Under the pieces are notes generated by a model, which was not told where the DNA came from, did no database searches, and saw only the letters and a list, made by a program, of their open reading frames with translations. Position numbers and translations under genes: made by a program. Of a stretch of DNA of 64,000 bases, positions 39,317 through 52,200 are shown piece by piece; positions within the stretch are counted from its first letter, which is position 1, and every line of letters starts with the position of its first letter. Source of the DNA: Squalus acanthias (Eukaryota); assembly GCA_030390025.1 (NCBI GenBank), contig CM059438.1, positions 57,352,001 through 57,416,000 on the forward strand, given 5' to 3'.

Positions 39317-40130
39317 GCTCCGCAAACCTGTTATTAAACTGGATTTGTAGTTCATTTAAAAGAAAAATGCCAGGGGCTAGAAATTAGTTATAGCCAAGGA
39401 CTGGGCAGTGTCAGTAGTAAAGTTGGGGATATGTGCCAGGCGCAAATGCTTTAGACTGCACGCAAAATTCATCCTCACTACTCAATAAAATCAAGTCTTT
39501 AAAACCCAATATCGGGTGCAGTCTAATCGCAACTCATCATTGCCACATGCTTTTTCCACTACTTAAAGGGGAGGTTCATTGATGCTGCAGCACCTCATTC
39601 TCTGCCTTGCTGACTGTGCAGCTGCCTCAGCAAGCAGAAGCAGAACAAGGAGAAGGAGCTGGAGGACTGAACCAGGTGTGCTCATGGCAGGTCCACACCC
39701 CAGGGAGAGAGCCCGCAGATTCTCCAATGAAGCATTAGAGGCATTGGTTTTCACTGTGGTGAGATGGAGGGCAGTGCTGTACCTGGCAAGTGGCAGGAGG
39801 CCCTCGCCACAAGTCTTCCACACCATGTGGAGGGAGTTAACGCAACACGTTTCAGGCAGCACTGTGGTCCCCAGGACCCCCACACAGTGCAGGAAGAAAT
39901 TTAGCGACCTCACTCGGGTGGTCAGGGTGAGTGAATGCTTCAACAAATGCTACATACCACCATCTGAACCACAGTATTCACACACTGCCCAAAGCACCAC
40001 AGCCCCAGCACTCACCCACCAACAATCTCTACCTACCAACACTCACACTCATACCCACATCTCACACCTCGTACACAATGACAGCTATTCAACTATGGCA
40101 GGCACATTTCCCAAACACATTGCTCCACAC

Positions 40131-40133
40131 TCA

Positions 40134-40176
<43 letters not shown>
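40131..40176. repeat. (CA)n microsatellite in Myb/SANT intron 1
   Basis: About 20 CA units. Confidence 0.95.
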
Positions 40177-40178
<2 letters not shown>

Positions 40179-41916
40179 TCCTTTCTCTTGCAGGCCAAGG
40201 TGGCTCACAACAGGAGGGAGCAGGAGCACACAGGCGGGGGACACCCAACCACTGTCTGCGCTGGAGAATAGAGTGCTGCAGATTATTGGGTGCCAGGTGA
40301 TGGGTGCCATGGCCACCGGCGTGTTGACCCCCTTGGGGACAACAATGGTATATTCATCCCTACTCCTTCTTCTTACATCCCACTTCCCCCTCATCCCACA
40401 AGCATTTCGCACTTTCCAGCTAATCATGCTGTATGCATGCATTTCTCCCTTCCTGCCCCCCTCCCTTAACCCGACTCATGTGCCTTTATGTTTTCAGATA
40501 ATCAGCAAGCACCTGAGCATCCTGTCCCTGAGGGCACCGTAGAGAGTGAGGCGGGAGAGGAGGAGAAGGAAGAACACATCGCGTCACTGTATATCTCACC
40601 TGCAGACACCAGCTCATATACTGGCACTACGCGTTCTAGTATAGTAGCAGGATCTGCACAGGGTGAGGCACCGGGGTCGAGTGGGCTGCAGCAAGGCCAG
40701 GGGGAAAGGGTGGCTCGGGGACCAGCTCTGCGGAGGGTGACTTCACGCACGACTTCTGCTGCACAGGACTCAGATGAGGACCGCGATGGGGAGGCCTTTA
40801 GAAGAAGGGTGATGGGCATGCACACGGAGATGATAGCTGCAATGGCAAGGGTGCCCGAGAGCCTCTCTGTAATGGTAAGGAGCGCGGAGGAGTCCACCTC
40901 CAACATTGCACAAGGCTCTGCACACACCATGGAGCCCATCATTTCCAGTCTGCAAAGGATGGTAGACTCCCAGAGAGACTGTGGCGACCCAGACCTGATG
41001 CCGTGTGTGATGAGTGATCTGGCAGCTTCCATGCAGCACAGGCGGAAGCGATGGAACTTCTTAGTACCGTAATGCAGTCTTAGAACTGTAATGCGGTCTA
41101 TGCTTGGTGGCATCCAATCTCGGACTGCTCTCATGCAGTCTCAGCTTGATAAGAACATAAGAACATAAGAAATAAGAGCAGGAGTAGGCCATACGGCCCC
41201 TCGAGCCTGCTCCGCCATTCAATAATATGACTGATCATCGACCTCAACTCTACTTTCCCGCCCGATCTCCATATCCCTTGATTCCCCTAGAGTTCAAAAA
41301 TCTATCTATCTCAGCCTTGAATATACTCAAAGACTCCGCATACACAGCCCTCTGGGACAGAGAATTCCAAAGATTCACAACCATCTGATGAAGAAATTCC
41401 TCCTCATCTCAGTCTTAAATGGCCTACCCCTTATCCTGAGACTATGGCCCCTAGTTCTAGACACTCCAGCCAGGGGAAACAACCTCTCAGCATCTACCCT
41501 GTCAATCCCCTTCAGAATCTGGTATGTTTCAATGAGATCACCTCTCATTCTTCTAAACTCCAGAGAGTATAGGCCCATTCTACACAATCTCTCATCATAG
41601 GACAGCCCTCTCATCCCAGGAATCAATCTAGTGAACCTTTGTTGCACCGCCTCCAAGGCAAGTATATCCTTCCTTAGATAAGGAGACCAAAACTGTGCAC
41701 AATACTCCAGGTGTGGTTTCGCCAAGGCCCTGTACAATTGTAGCAAGACTTCCTTACTCTTATACTCCAACCCCCTTGCAATAAAGGCCAACATGCCATT
41801 TGCCTTCCTTATTGCTTGCTGTACCTGCATGCTAGCTTTCTGTGTTTCTTGCACGAGGACACCAAATCTCTCTGAACACCAACATTTAAAAGTTTCTCAC
41901 CATTTAAAAAATATTG

Positions 41917-42520
41917 GGGGTAAAATTGGGTAGCGCCCATTTTGGGGTGCTAACCTCGCTAATTTTAGCACCCTGAAAAAGTTAGCGCCCCTCCCCCGTA
42001 AATTTAATAGTAGCGCCCCAAGAAGGAGGTGGAGCGCTACTGGAAGCACTCCACCTCCTTCTTGAGGCGCTACTACTTAATGTCGCAGCGCTACGTGCAG
42101 CCGCGCCACGCACGGCAACACATAGCGCCGCATTATTGCAGACCTTCTCCCCTGGTGCTGTGTGCACCGGAGCCCTGCCGGAACACCGGGGAGCGGGGTG
42201 CCGTGGAAACAACCCGGCACTCAAGAAGCGCCGCTGCACGCTTCCGCCGCTGCAAAACCGCCCCCTGATCCTGTCGGTCCCATCGCCCAGCGATAGGTCA
42301 GGGGGCACAAGGGAAGTTTGTGGCCGGGGTGCAAATGGTGCGCTGGGCACAGTGATGACATCATTATCGCCGGTGCAGCGGGGCACTACTGACTACTGCT
42401 GCCGCTAACCTCCCGCTGAATTTCACGGGAGGCATTAGCAGCGCCACGCCCGGGCATTTGTGCCCGTTAGCACCCCCGGCAATGCTAACGAGAGGTGCAA
42501 AGCAACCCAATTTCTAGCCC
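41917..42520. mobile_element. GC-rich Harbinger-type MITE
   Basis: TIR GGGGGTAAAATTGGGT / ACCCAATTTCTAGCCC; ATT TSD. Confidence 0.85.
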
Positions 42521-44042
42521 ATTCTGTTTTTCTATTCTTCCTACCAAACTGAATAACCTCACATTTCCCTACATTATACTCCATCTGCCACCTTACTGCC
42601 ACTTAGTCTATCTATATCCCTTTGCAGAATCTTTGTGTTCTCCTCACAGCTTAACGTCCCACCTAGCTTTGTATCGTCAGCAAACTTGGATACATTACAT
42701 TCAGTCCCTTCATCTAAGTCATTAATACAGATTGTAAATAGCTGAGGCCCAAGCACTGATCCTTGCAGCACTCCACTAGTTACAGCCTACCGACCGGAAA
42801 ATGACTCTCTGTTTTCTGTCCGTTAACCAATACTCTATTCATGCTACTATATTGCCCCCAACCCCATGAGCCCTTATCTTGTGTAATAACCTTTTATGTG
42901 GTACTTTATCGAATGCCTTTTGGAAATCCAAATATACTACATCCACTGGTTCCCCTTTATCTACCCTGCTAGTTACATCCTCAATAAAACTCTAATAAAT
43001 TTGTCAAACACGATTTCCCTTTCATAAAGCCATGTTGACTCTGCCTAATCTTGTTATGATTTTCTAAGTGCCCTGATACCACTTCTTTAACAATGGATTC
43101 CAGCATTTTCCCGACGACTGATGTCAGGCTAACTGGCCTGTAGTTCCCTGTTTTCTCTCTCCCTCCTTTCTTGAATAGCGGTGTTACATTTGCTGCCTTC
43201 GAATCCGCTGGGACTGTTCTAGAACCTAGGGAATTTTGGAAGATCAAAACCAATCTCTACAGCCACCTCTTTTAGAACCCTAGGATGTAGGCTGTCAGGT
43301 CCAGGGGATTTGTTGGCTTTTAGTCCCATTAGTTTCTCTAGTACTTTTTCTCTACTTATATTTATTACCCTCATTAGACCCTTGGTTTTCCACGATTTTT
43401 GTTATGCTTTTTGTGTCTTGAACTGTGAAGACAGATACAAAATATTTGTTTAACGTTTCTGCCACTTCCTTATTCCCCATAATAATTTCTCCTGTCTCAA
43501 CCTCTAAGGGACCAACATTTACTGTTGCTACTCTCTTGCTGAAGATTAAAGCCCCCCACGATTATTGCATTACCTTTGTTACAAGCTCCTACTATTTCTT
43601 GATTAATATTCTGTCCAGTGGTATCGCTACTGTTAGGGGGCCTATATACTACACCCACCAGTGTTTTCTGCCCCTTGTTATTCCTTATCTGCACCCTTAC
43701 TGATTCTACTTCCTGATCTTCGGAGCCGAGATCCTTTCTCTCAACTGTACTTATGTCATCCTTTATTATCAGGGAAACGCACCCCCCCCCTTTCCATTCG
43801 GCCTGTCTTTTCGCAACATCAAGTACCCTGGAACATTTAGTTCCCAACCTTGGTCACCTTGCAATCATGTCTCTGTAATGGCTATTTGATCAAACCCATT
43901 TATCTCTATTTGTGCTACTAGTTCGTCTATCTTGTTAGGAATGCTTCATGCATTCAGATAAAGAGACTCTAATTTAATTTTTTTTATCATTATTCCCTGC
44001 TTTGACCTTATTCGCTGCTGCACTGCTACCATTAAATTCTCT

Positions 44043-44777
44043 GGGGGAGAAATTTGGTGGGTTAGCGCCTCCCATTAGTGTCCCCAGGTGGCGATAATGG
44101 GGCGCTAATGACTTACCGCCCGGGAGTGGCGAGATGAACGACTCCCGCTAATTTGGCCGGGAGGTTTGCAGTGGCGGTAATTGCCGTTCGCATCACCCTG
44201 GTAGTGCCCCGGACCCGAACTTTGGTTCCGCCCCCTGCAGCATCGCCGGGCAGAAACACCGACAGCTGCAGGAGGCGTTGTTCGGGAGGCCGGGCGCTTT
44301 GGAGGCAGAAGTTAAAGGGGAGGTTGCCGAGGTAAGTAGCAAAATTTCTAAAATGCTTTTTTTCAATTTTTTTCAGTTCTCCTGGGCCACAATCGATCAG
44401 CCCGGCACTCTGCTGGAGTGCATGAGGCTGATTGGGCCGGATTGTGGCTGCCGTCGGGGACCAGCTAACTGGTCCCAATGCAGAGCCTGCAGCGATGGCC
44501 CTTCCTGTTAAGGAAGGGAAGGAGCCTCGGATCACGGCAGCGCTGCACAGGACATTGTGCAGCACGGGACATTGTGCAGCGCTGCACCGCTACCGCCCCG
44601 CCTGCGTACTTTAGCGCTCCAGGAAGGAAGTGGAGCGCTTGATTTTGTGCTCCACTTCCTTCCTGGAGCGCAAACACCGAAATTAAAAAAAGCTGGGAAT
44701 CATTAGCGCCTGGCACTAAGTTTCCCAGCTTTCAAAATTTACCGCCCCCAAACGGAGTGATACCGAATTTCTCCCCC
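44043..44777. mobile_element. GC-rich Harbinger-type MITE
   Basis: 16-bp TIR GGGGGAGAAATTTGGT / ACCGAATTTCTCCCCC; TCT TSD. Confidence 0.88.
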
Positions 44778-46109
44778 TCTGTCCCTTCCTGTCACACTCT
44801 GCTTATTTTTACCCAAATCGCTACACTGCTCTATTGTCTTGATCTTTCTCTTTAGATTTCTAAATTTCCTCTCACCTGACCCCTGCCCTCCTTTTTTAGT
44901 TTAAAAGCCCTATCTACAGCCCTCATTATTCGATTCGCTTGGACGCTGGTCCCAGCCCAGTTTAAGTGGGGCCTGTCCTGATGGAACAGCTCCCTCTTTC
45001 CCCAGTACTGGTGCCAGTGCCCCATGAATTGAAATCCCTTCTTCCCACACTACTCTTTGAGCCACGCATTTAACTCTCTGATCTGCTTGACCCTATGCCA
45101 ATTTGCGCGTGGCTCAGGTAGTAATCCAGAGATTATTACCCTTGAGGTTCTGCTTATTAATTTAGACCCTAGCTCCTCAAACTCCCTCAGCAGAACCTCA
45201 TTCTTAGTTCTACCTATGTCATAGATTCCTACATGGACCATGACAACTGGATCCTCCCCCTCCCACTCCAAGTTCTTCTCCAGAGGAGATATCCTTAACC
45301 CTGGCCTCGAGCAGGCAACACAGCCTTCGAGACTCTTTCGCGGCTGCAGAGAACAGTACCTATCCCCCTGACTATACTGTCCCCTACCACTATCACATTA
45401 TTTCCTTCTCCCCCCCACTTGGATGACCTCCTGTACCATGGTGCAATGGTCAGTTTGCCCATCCTCCCTGCAGTCGTTTTCCTCATCCATACAGGTAGCA
45501 GGTACCTTGTACCTGTTGGATAAGGTCCAGGGCTGAGGCTCCTCCATCACTACATCCTGGGTCCCCATACTTCCCTGACTCGCAGTCACACCCTCCTGTC
45601 CCTGACCACTGACGAACTCTAAAGTACTACTTAACCTGAAGGGTGTGACTGCCTCCTGGAACAAAGTGTCCAGGTAACTCTCCCTCTCCATGATGCATCG
45701 CAATGTCTGCAGCTCGGACTCCAGCTCTACAACTCTGAGCCAAAGTTCCTCGAGTTGCAGACACTTACTGCAAATGTGGTTGCTCGGGATCGCGATGCTC
45801 TCCACAAACTCCCACATGCTGTAGTTACAACACACCACTTGCCCTGCCATCTTTAACCTTGTTTTATTTATTAATTAATTAGTTAAAGCTTTTATTTAAT
45901 CGATATTTTAGTTTTATTGTTTGATTATTTTATCTAGTTTAAGTTATTAATTTAATAAGTACTAGCAAGTTACAGTTTGTCAGCTTTTAATTTAACCCCC
46001 TTCCCTAACTTAGAGAACAAAAAACATTGTAATACTCACCAACCAATCACCTACCTGCTCTCCTGTGACATCACTCTTTGATTTTTTTGTTGTTGTTTTT
46101 GAATCGGAG

Positions 46110-46599
46110 CCTCGTCGCTGCCGCTGCTTTAATTCAGGCCCACTCTCGGGCCGCTCTTAATCCTCTCGTCGCTGCCGCTGCTTTAATTCAGGTCCACTCT
46201 CGGGCCGCTCTTAATCCTCTCGTCGCTGCCGCTGCTTTAATTCAGGTCCACTCTCGGGCCGCTCTTAATCCTCTCGTCGCTGCCGCTGCTTTAATTCAGG
46301 TCCACTCTCGGGCCGCTCTGAATCCTCTCGTCGCTGTCGCTGCTTTAATTCAGGTCCACTCTCGGGCCGCTCTTAATCCTCTCGCCGCTGCTTTAATTCA
46401 GGTCCACTCTCGGGCCGCTCTTAATCCTCTCGCCGCTGCCGCTGCTTTAATTCAGGTCCACTCTCGGGCCGCTCTTAATCCTCTCGCCACTGCCGCTGCT
46501 TTAATTCAGGTCCACTCTCGGGCCGCTCTTAATCCTCTTGGCGCTGCCGCTGCTTTAATTCAGGTCCACTCTCTGGCTGCTTTTTATCCTCTCGCCGCT
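46110..46599. repeat. 54-bp tandem repeat (about 9 copies) at CR1 5' end
   Basis: Unit CTCGTCGCTGCCGCTGCTTTAATTCAGGTCCACTCTCGGGCCGCTCTTAATCCT. Confidence 0.93.
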
Positions 46600-47203
46600 G
46601 CTTGATGTTACACAAGCTCTGAATACTGCCATCGTGGCTGGGTCTACCACCGTCGACCGGGGCTTTCACGGTGTCACAGCAGGCCAGCAATCTGCTCCAA
46701 CAGATTGCCTAGGGATGCTGAGGTGCTGCCCCAGGCGAGTGGCAGTGGGTCAGTGGAGCAGGAACCTGCTGTCACCACTGCCACTCTGCCATTGCCCTTG
46801 TCGCTGCCTGTCATCCAGCCAGCCCAGACTGCTGCCGCCCATGCTGAGGTGGTGCAGACTACAGCCGGGCCTTCCAGGTCCAGAGCTGGTCGAGGGCCTC
46901 CTGCAAGGCCATCTGAAGTTTCCCACATGGACACTCAGCAGCCTTCCACCAGCCATGCTGCAGCCACTGGGCCAACACTTCGTACTAGAGTAGGCAAAGG
47001 CACAGTAACGACAGGCACTAAGGGATTGCACAAGAGTGAATAGTTAATTTCTTTGGTGTAAATATGTGTTCACTGATCTTCGATAAATTTATTAATTCAC
47101 TTACCATTCTTTTGTGGTGTCTGTCATTTCAGCTTTGCAGTGTGATACGACCTGCGAGAGGGATGGAATGATGGGCATGTGGTGAGCAAAGGGGATCTGG
47201 GCT

Positions 47204-47482
47204 TTAAGTCATCCTGGTGTGAGGCTGGAGGTCTGTTTGGAGGAGGTGGCAGAGTTCTGTGACCACCTCCTTGGTGAAGCAGAGCCATCTAATACACTGC
47301 TCCTCACTTAATTGAAGGTAGGAGAAATACTCTTGGAATACCCTCGGAGGGTAAGGCCTCCTGGTGAGAGCCCTGATGTTCCTCCTCATCTCTCTGCGCA
47401 CATGTTCCCGTATTTCTCGCTGCCTACGCTCCTTCTGCCGTGGATCCTGGAGGGCGAGGTGGCATGCCAGTACAGCTCCCAT
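47204..47482 (-). pseudogene. Harbinger transposase N-terminal remnant
   Basis: RRPYPPRVFQEYFSYLQLSEEQCIRWLCFTKEVVTELCHLL is homologous to the start of the 8828-9760 ORF; catalytic part deleted. Confidence 0.85.
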
Positions 47483-48089
47483 TAATGTTACCAAATGTAG
47501 CAGTTTGAATCTTTGAAGAATGTAGCTACTTTTTAGTTACCAGAAGACACCTGATACAGAAGAACCTTCAAATTACTGAATGAAACTGTTGCAGTGTGTG
47601 AAACTGACAAGAAACCACTGAAGCTGCACTAATCTGACAGCTGCGAGTGATTACTGATGATCCCTTTAAATAACGTCCCTGGAACTGGCTTCCTGGTGCT
47701 GAACGCCAGCTCTCCCTGTCAGTGTTTACTCCAGGCACTGAGGTAGGTGGCGACAATCAATTTAGCAAATTGGACGGTCAGTGAGTGTGCAACGAGTGTG
47801 TCACGATCTACCTGGCGTTGACGTTCTCAGTGATACCTCTTACTGGTGGCACTACGGGGTTGGGGGGGGGGTCGGATTTGGCATGTGGCGATGGATTCGC
47901 CTCACCCCAGCGATACTAGTCTAGCACCCCATTACTGCCATCTACTGGCGTTAATGGGAGGTGCTAAGGGATGACGTTTTCCCCCAGGAGTCTTTATTAT
48001 GTGGTACATGTAATACTGAGAAAAATAAGAGCATAGTTTTGTGATAATTGAGAAAAGAATATATACACTTTTTTAAAGGGGGAAAGCAG

Positions 48090-48212
48090 TGTAATGTATT
48101 ATCATGTGGTTTTGTATGAACATGCTCTGTTTGCTCTGGCCTATAAACATGCACATGGACTAGCAACTCATCGTGTCACTGTCCCTCATTTGTTCGACTC
48201 AAATATATTACA
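48090..48212 (+). repeat. Gypsy 3' LTR
   Basis: Preceded by PPT AAAGGGGGAAAGCAG, followed by CTCTT TSD. Confidence 0.93.
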
Positions 48213-48904
48213 CTCTTGTATTCTGTGCCTCATTTATAAAACCCAAAATTCTTTTGTCTTTTTTTATGGCTTTATTTACCAGCACTCGAACTTTCAGGAA
48301 ATTACATATTTGAATCCCAATGACACGAAGAAAACGCCAGTGGTGTAGAATTTTGGGAACCATAGGTCCAAAGTTACCTGTTCCTCCCAAGCATGCTACA
48401 CTTACCATATTTCAAGTCTCAAATTACTCATATACTGTTTCCCAAAATGTTACTTCCTGAAAGAAATCTATCTAATTTTCATTTGAATGAATCAATACTA
48501 ACTGCTTCCACTGTCTCCCTAGGGAATTTGTTCCATAGATTAACCACTGTTGCCGCAGATTACATTTTTCAAATCGCTCCACTCAAAACTGAGATATCAG
48601 ACAAAGTTTGTGGACAGTCAGAGCCTATGAAATCAGTCGTTTCCTGGATTGGCAAGTGATCCACACCACTCAAGCAGGCGTAAGCAAAGTCGGGTGCAGT
48701 ACTGGCGGAAAAGACGGGACTTCTTATAGATGATGACATTATCCCGTAATTTCCATACATTCACCACTGTTGGGGCAGACTCCACTGTTGCAATTACTGG
48801 GCAAGTTAGAAGGGGCAGAATTTTGGCACTGGAGTTCGTTGCCAAATCCTGCCCCACCATGGGAAATCTGCTATATTTCTGCTAAAGAGATTGTAGAATT
48901 TACA

Positions 48905-51207
48905 GGGGTGAGGTGAGAGTGACTGCCCTTGATATCAAGGCAGCATTTGATTGAGTGTGGCATAAGGACATAAGAAATAGGAGCAGGAGTAGGCCATTCG
49001 GTCCCTCGACCTTCTCCGCCATTCAATAAGATCATGGCTGATCTGATCTTGGCCTCAACTCCACTTTTCTGCCTGTTCCCTATACCCCTTGACTCCCCTG
49101 TAGTTCAAAAATTCTGTCTACCTCAGCCTTGAATATATTGAATGACTCCGCCTCCATAGCTCTCTGGGGTAGAGAATTCCAAAGATTCACGAACCTCTGA
49201 GACAAGAAATTCCTCCTCATCTCCGTCTTAAATGGGCAACCCCTTATTCTGAAAATATGCCCCCTAGTTCTAGATTCCCCCACGAGGGGAAACATCCTCT
49301 CAGCATCTACCCTGTCAAGCCCCCTCAGAATCTTATGTTTCAATAAGATCACCTCTGATTCTTCTAAACTCCAATGAGTATAGGCCCAGCCTGCTCAACC
49401 TTTCCTCATAAGACAACCCCTTCATCCCAGGAATCAACCTAGTCAACCTTCTCTGAACTGCCTCCAATGCAAGTATATCCCTCCTTAAATAAAAATACCA
49501 AAACTGTACGCAGTACTCAAGGTGTGATCTCACCAGCGCCCTGTACAGTTGTAGCAAGACTTCCCTACTTTTATACTCCATCCCCCTTGCAATAATGGCC
49601 AACATTCCATTTGCCTTCCTAATTACTTGCTGTACCTGCATGCTAACTAGGGCATCAAGGAGCCCAAGTAAAATTGAAGTCAATGGGAATCAGGGGGAAA
49701 ACTCTCTACTGGCTGGAGTCATACCTAGCACAAAGGAAGATGGTTGTGGTGGTTGGAGGTCAATCATCACAGCCACAGGACATTTCTGCAGGAGTTCCTC
49801 AGGGCAGTGTCTTAGGCCCAACCATCTTCAGCTGCTTCATCAATGACCTTCCCTCCATCATAAGGTCAGCAGTGGGTACGTTTGCAGTGTTCAGTTCCAT
49901 TCACAACTCCTCAGATAATGAAGCAGTCCATGCCCACATGCAGCAGGACCTGGACGATTTTCAGGCTTGGGCTGATAAGTGGTAGGTAGCATTCGCACCA
50001 CACAAGTGTCAGTCAATGACTATCTCCAACAAACGAGAGTCTAACCACCTCCCCTTGACATTCAACAGCATTACCATCACCGAATCCCCCACCATCAACA
50101 TCCTGGGGGGTCACCATTGACCAGAAACATAACTGGACCAGCCACATAAATACTGTGGCTACAAGAGCAGGTCAGAGGCTGGGTATTCTGCGGCGAGTGT
50201 CTCACCTCCTGACTCCCCAACGCCTTTCCATCATCTACAAGGCACAAGTCAGGAGTGTGATGGAATACTCTCCACTTGCCTGGATGAGCTCCAACAACAC
50301 TCAAGAAGCTCGACACCATCCAGGACAAAGCAGCCCGCTTGATTGGCATCCCATCCACCACCTTAAACATTCACTCCCTCCACCACCGGGGTACCGTGGC
50401 TGCAGTGTGTACCATCTACAAGATGCACTGCAGCAACTCACCAAGGCTTCTTCGGCAGCACCTCCCAAACCCGTGACCTCTTCCACCTAGAAGGACGAGG
50501 GCAGCAGGCGCATGGGAACACCACCACTTCCAAGTTCCCCTCCAAGTCACACACCATCCTGACTTAGAAGTATATTGCCAATCCTTCATCGTCGCTGGGT
50601 CAAAATCCTGGAACTCCCTGCCTAACAGCACTGTGGGAGTACCTTCACCACGCGGACTGCAGCGGTTGAAGAAGGCGGCTCACCACCACCTTCTCAAGGG
50701 CAATTAGGGATGGGCAATAAATGCTGGCCTTGCCAGCGACGCCCACATCCTACAAACGAATAAAAAAAAGCCCGCTTGATTGGCATCCCATCCACCACCT
50801 TAAACATTCACTCCCGCCACCACCAGCGCACAGTGGCTGCAGTGTGTACCACTTACAAGATGCACTGCAGCAATTCACCAAGGCTTCTTCGGCAGCACCT
50901 CCCAAAACCGCGACCACTACCACCTAGAAGGACAAGGGCAGCAGGCGCATGGGAACACCATCACTTGCAAGTTCCCCTCCAAGTTACACACCATCCTGAC
51001 TTGGAAATATATCGCCGCTCCTTCATCGTCGCTAGTTCAAAATCCTGGAACTCCCTCCCTAACAGCACTATGGGAGCACCTTCACCACATAGACTGCAGC
51101 AGTTCAAGAAGGCAGCTCACCACCACCTTCTCAAGGGCAATTAGGGATGGGCAATAAATGCTGGCCTTGCCAGCGACGCACACATCCCAGGAACGAATAA
51201 AAAAAAT
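48905..51207 (+). mobile_element. CR1-clade LINE family A 3' portion with duplicated 3' end
   Basis: GVPQGSVLGPTIFSCFINDL; 3' tail plus poly(A) occurs twice (ending about 50769 and 51207). Confidence 0.88.
48965..49650 (-). mobile_element. CR1 3' fragment nested in family A LINE
   Basis: ORFs 49080-49352 and 49333-49683 with LYRALVRSHLEYCVQFW. Confidence 0.9.
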
Positions 51208-51518
51208 CCGGTTTAACACCTGAGCAATAACTGGAAAATCTGGTCTAACTCCAAGCGATAACTGGAAAATCTATCCCCACGAGGTTGGAATTTTTGGTGA
51301 TAACTTATTTAAATTCCTGGCAAAGTTGCCTTCTCATGTTGCCGTTCCCAAACCTGACATTTTGTTTAGTTGATTTCACGTAAATAAACCTGGCAGATGT
51401 TTCAGGAGGAAAGAGTTATATTTACACTGGGGATTACAGTACACTCTAAACCTGGGTAAATTTAGAAAAATGAGAAGTCGCACAACACCAGGTTATAGTC
51501 CAACAGATTTATTTAATT

Positions 51519-51557
51519 TTACAAGCTTTCGGACCTATTCGCTCCTTCCTCAGGTAA
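51519..51557 (-). ncRNA. Second hammerhead copy in the inverted pLTR (one stem II mismatch)
   Basis: Reverse complement of 52434-52472 with GCUCC changed to GGUCC. Confidence 0.75.
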
Positions 51558-51630
51558 GTTAGCAGTGAGAGAATCTCCCAGAATTCACAATTTAAACACA
51601 GACAAAATCTATTCAAATCTTTCCCTACAT

Positions 51631-52200
51631 GTCATCGATGACGACGAACACCTTGCTAAGGCCATCCCCACGCCTCCACTACTCGCCTTCAAGCAGCCGC
51701 CTAACCTCAAAAGTACCATCGTTCGCAGCAGATTACCCATCTTTCAGGAGAACAGCAACCAAGACACCACACAACCCTGCCACGGCAACCTCTGCAAGAC
51801 ATGCCAAATCATGGACACAGATACCATCATCACACGTGAGGACACTACCCACCAGGTACACGGTACATACTCATGTGACTCGGCCAACGTTGTCTACCTG
51901 ATACGTTGCAGTAAAGGATGCTCCAGAGCATGGTACATCGGCGAGACCATGCAGACACTGAGACAACGTATGAACGGACACCGCGCAACAATCGCCAGGC
52001 AGGAGGGTTGCCTCCCAGTCGGGGAACACTTCAGCAGCCAGGGGCATTCAGCCTCGGATCTGCGGGTAAGCGTTCTCCAAGGCGGCCTTCGGGATACACG
52101 ACAGCGCAAAATCATAGAGCAGAAACTGATAGCCAAGTTCCGCACTCATGAGGATGGCCTCAATCGCGATATCGGGTTCATGTCACGATACAGAACGTGA
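51631..52200 (+). CDS. Penelope GIY-YIG endonuclease domain (C-terminal fragment of the PLE ORF)
   Basis: FKQPPNLK, C..C..C, NVVYLIRC, WYIGET, LRQRMNGH, VGEHF, GLNRD motifs, uninterrupted frame. Confidence 0.92.
   Translation, partial: VIDDDEHLAKAIPTPPLLAFKQPPNLKSTIVRSRLPIFQENSNQDTTQPCHGNLCKTCQIMDTDTIITREDTTHQVHGTYSCDSANVVYLIRCSKGCSRAWYIGETMQTLRQRMNGHRATIARQEGCLPVGEHFSSQGHSASDLRVSVLQGGLRDTRQRKIIEQKLIAKFRTHEDGLNRDIGFMSRYRT

Larger units (their letters stand above)
41151..46599 (-). mobile_element. CR1 LINE with both ends, internally deleted
   Basis: 7-bp TSD GCTTGAT (41144-41150, 46600-46606); ORF1 45398-45850 (HICSKC + leucine zipper), esterase GDSIVRG, APE GVVYRPPN, RT motifs, (TTCTTATG)n tail. 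Confidence 0.93.
39684..47043 (+). pseudogene. Three-exon Myb/SANT-like Harbinger partner gene (exons 39684-39926, 40194-40347, 40498-41150 continuing 46607-47043)
   Basis: RARRFSNEALEALV...WRELT...RTPTQCRKKFSDL; GT-AG introns; frameshifts in exon 2; CR1 inserted in exon 3. Confidence 0.82.
39373..47984. mobile_element. Harbinger element nested in the Gypsy 3' region
   Basis: Degenerate TIRs GGGGCTAGAAATT / CGTTTCCCCC; + strand Myb/SANT gene and - strand transposase 5' remnant. Confidence 0.8.
34839..48212 (+). mobile_element. Complete, decayed Gypsy/Ty3 LTR retrotransposon with nested Harbinger and CR1
   Basis: Two 123-bp TG...CA LTRs, CTCTT TSD (34834-34838, 48213-48217), PBS, PPT at about 48075-48089, gag-PR-RT-RH-INT order. 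Confidence 0.95.

Noticed and set aside
46078..46605. 175-aa Ala-rich repeat protein
   Set aside because: Antisense translation of the 54-bp CR1 5' UTR repeat
51565..51630. N-terminus of the 211-aa GIY-YIG ORF
   Set aside because: It is the inverted pLTR read in frame by chance, not element coding sequence
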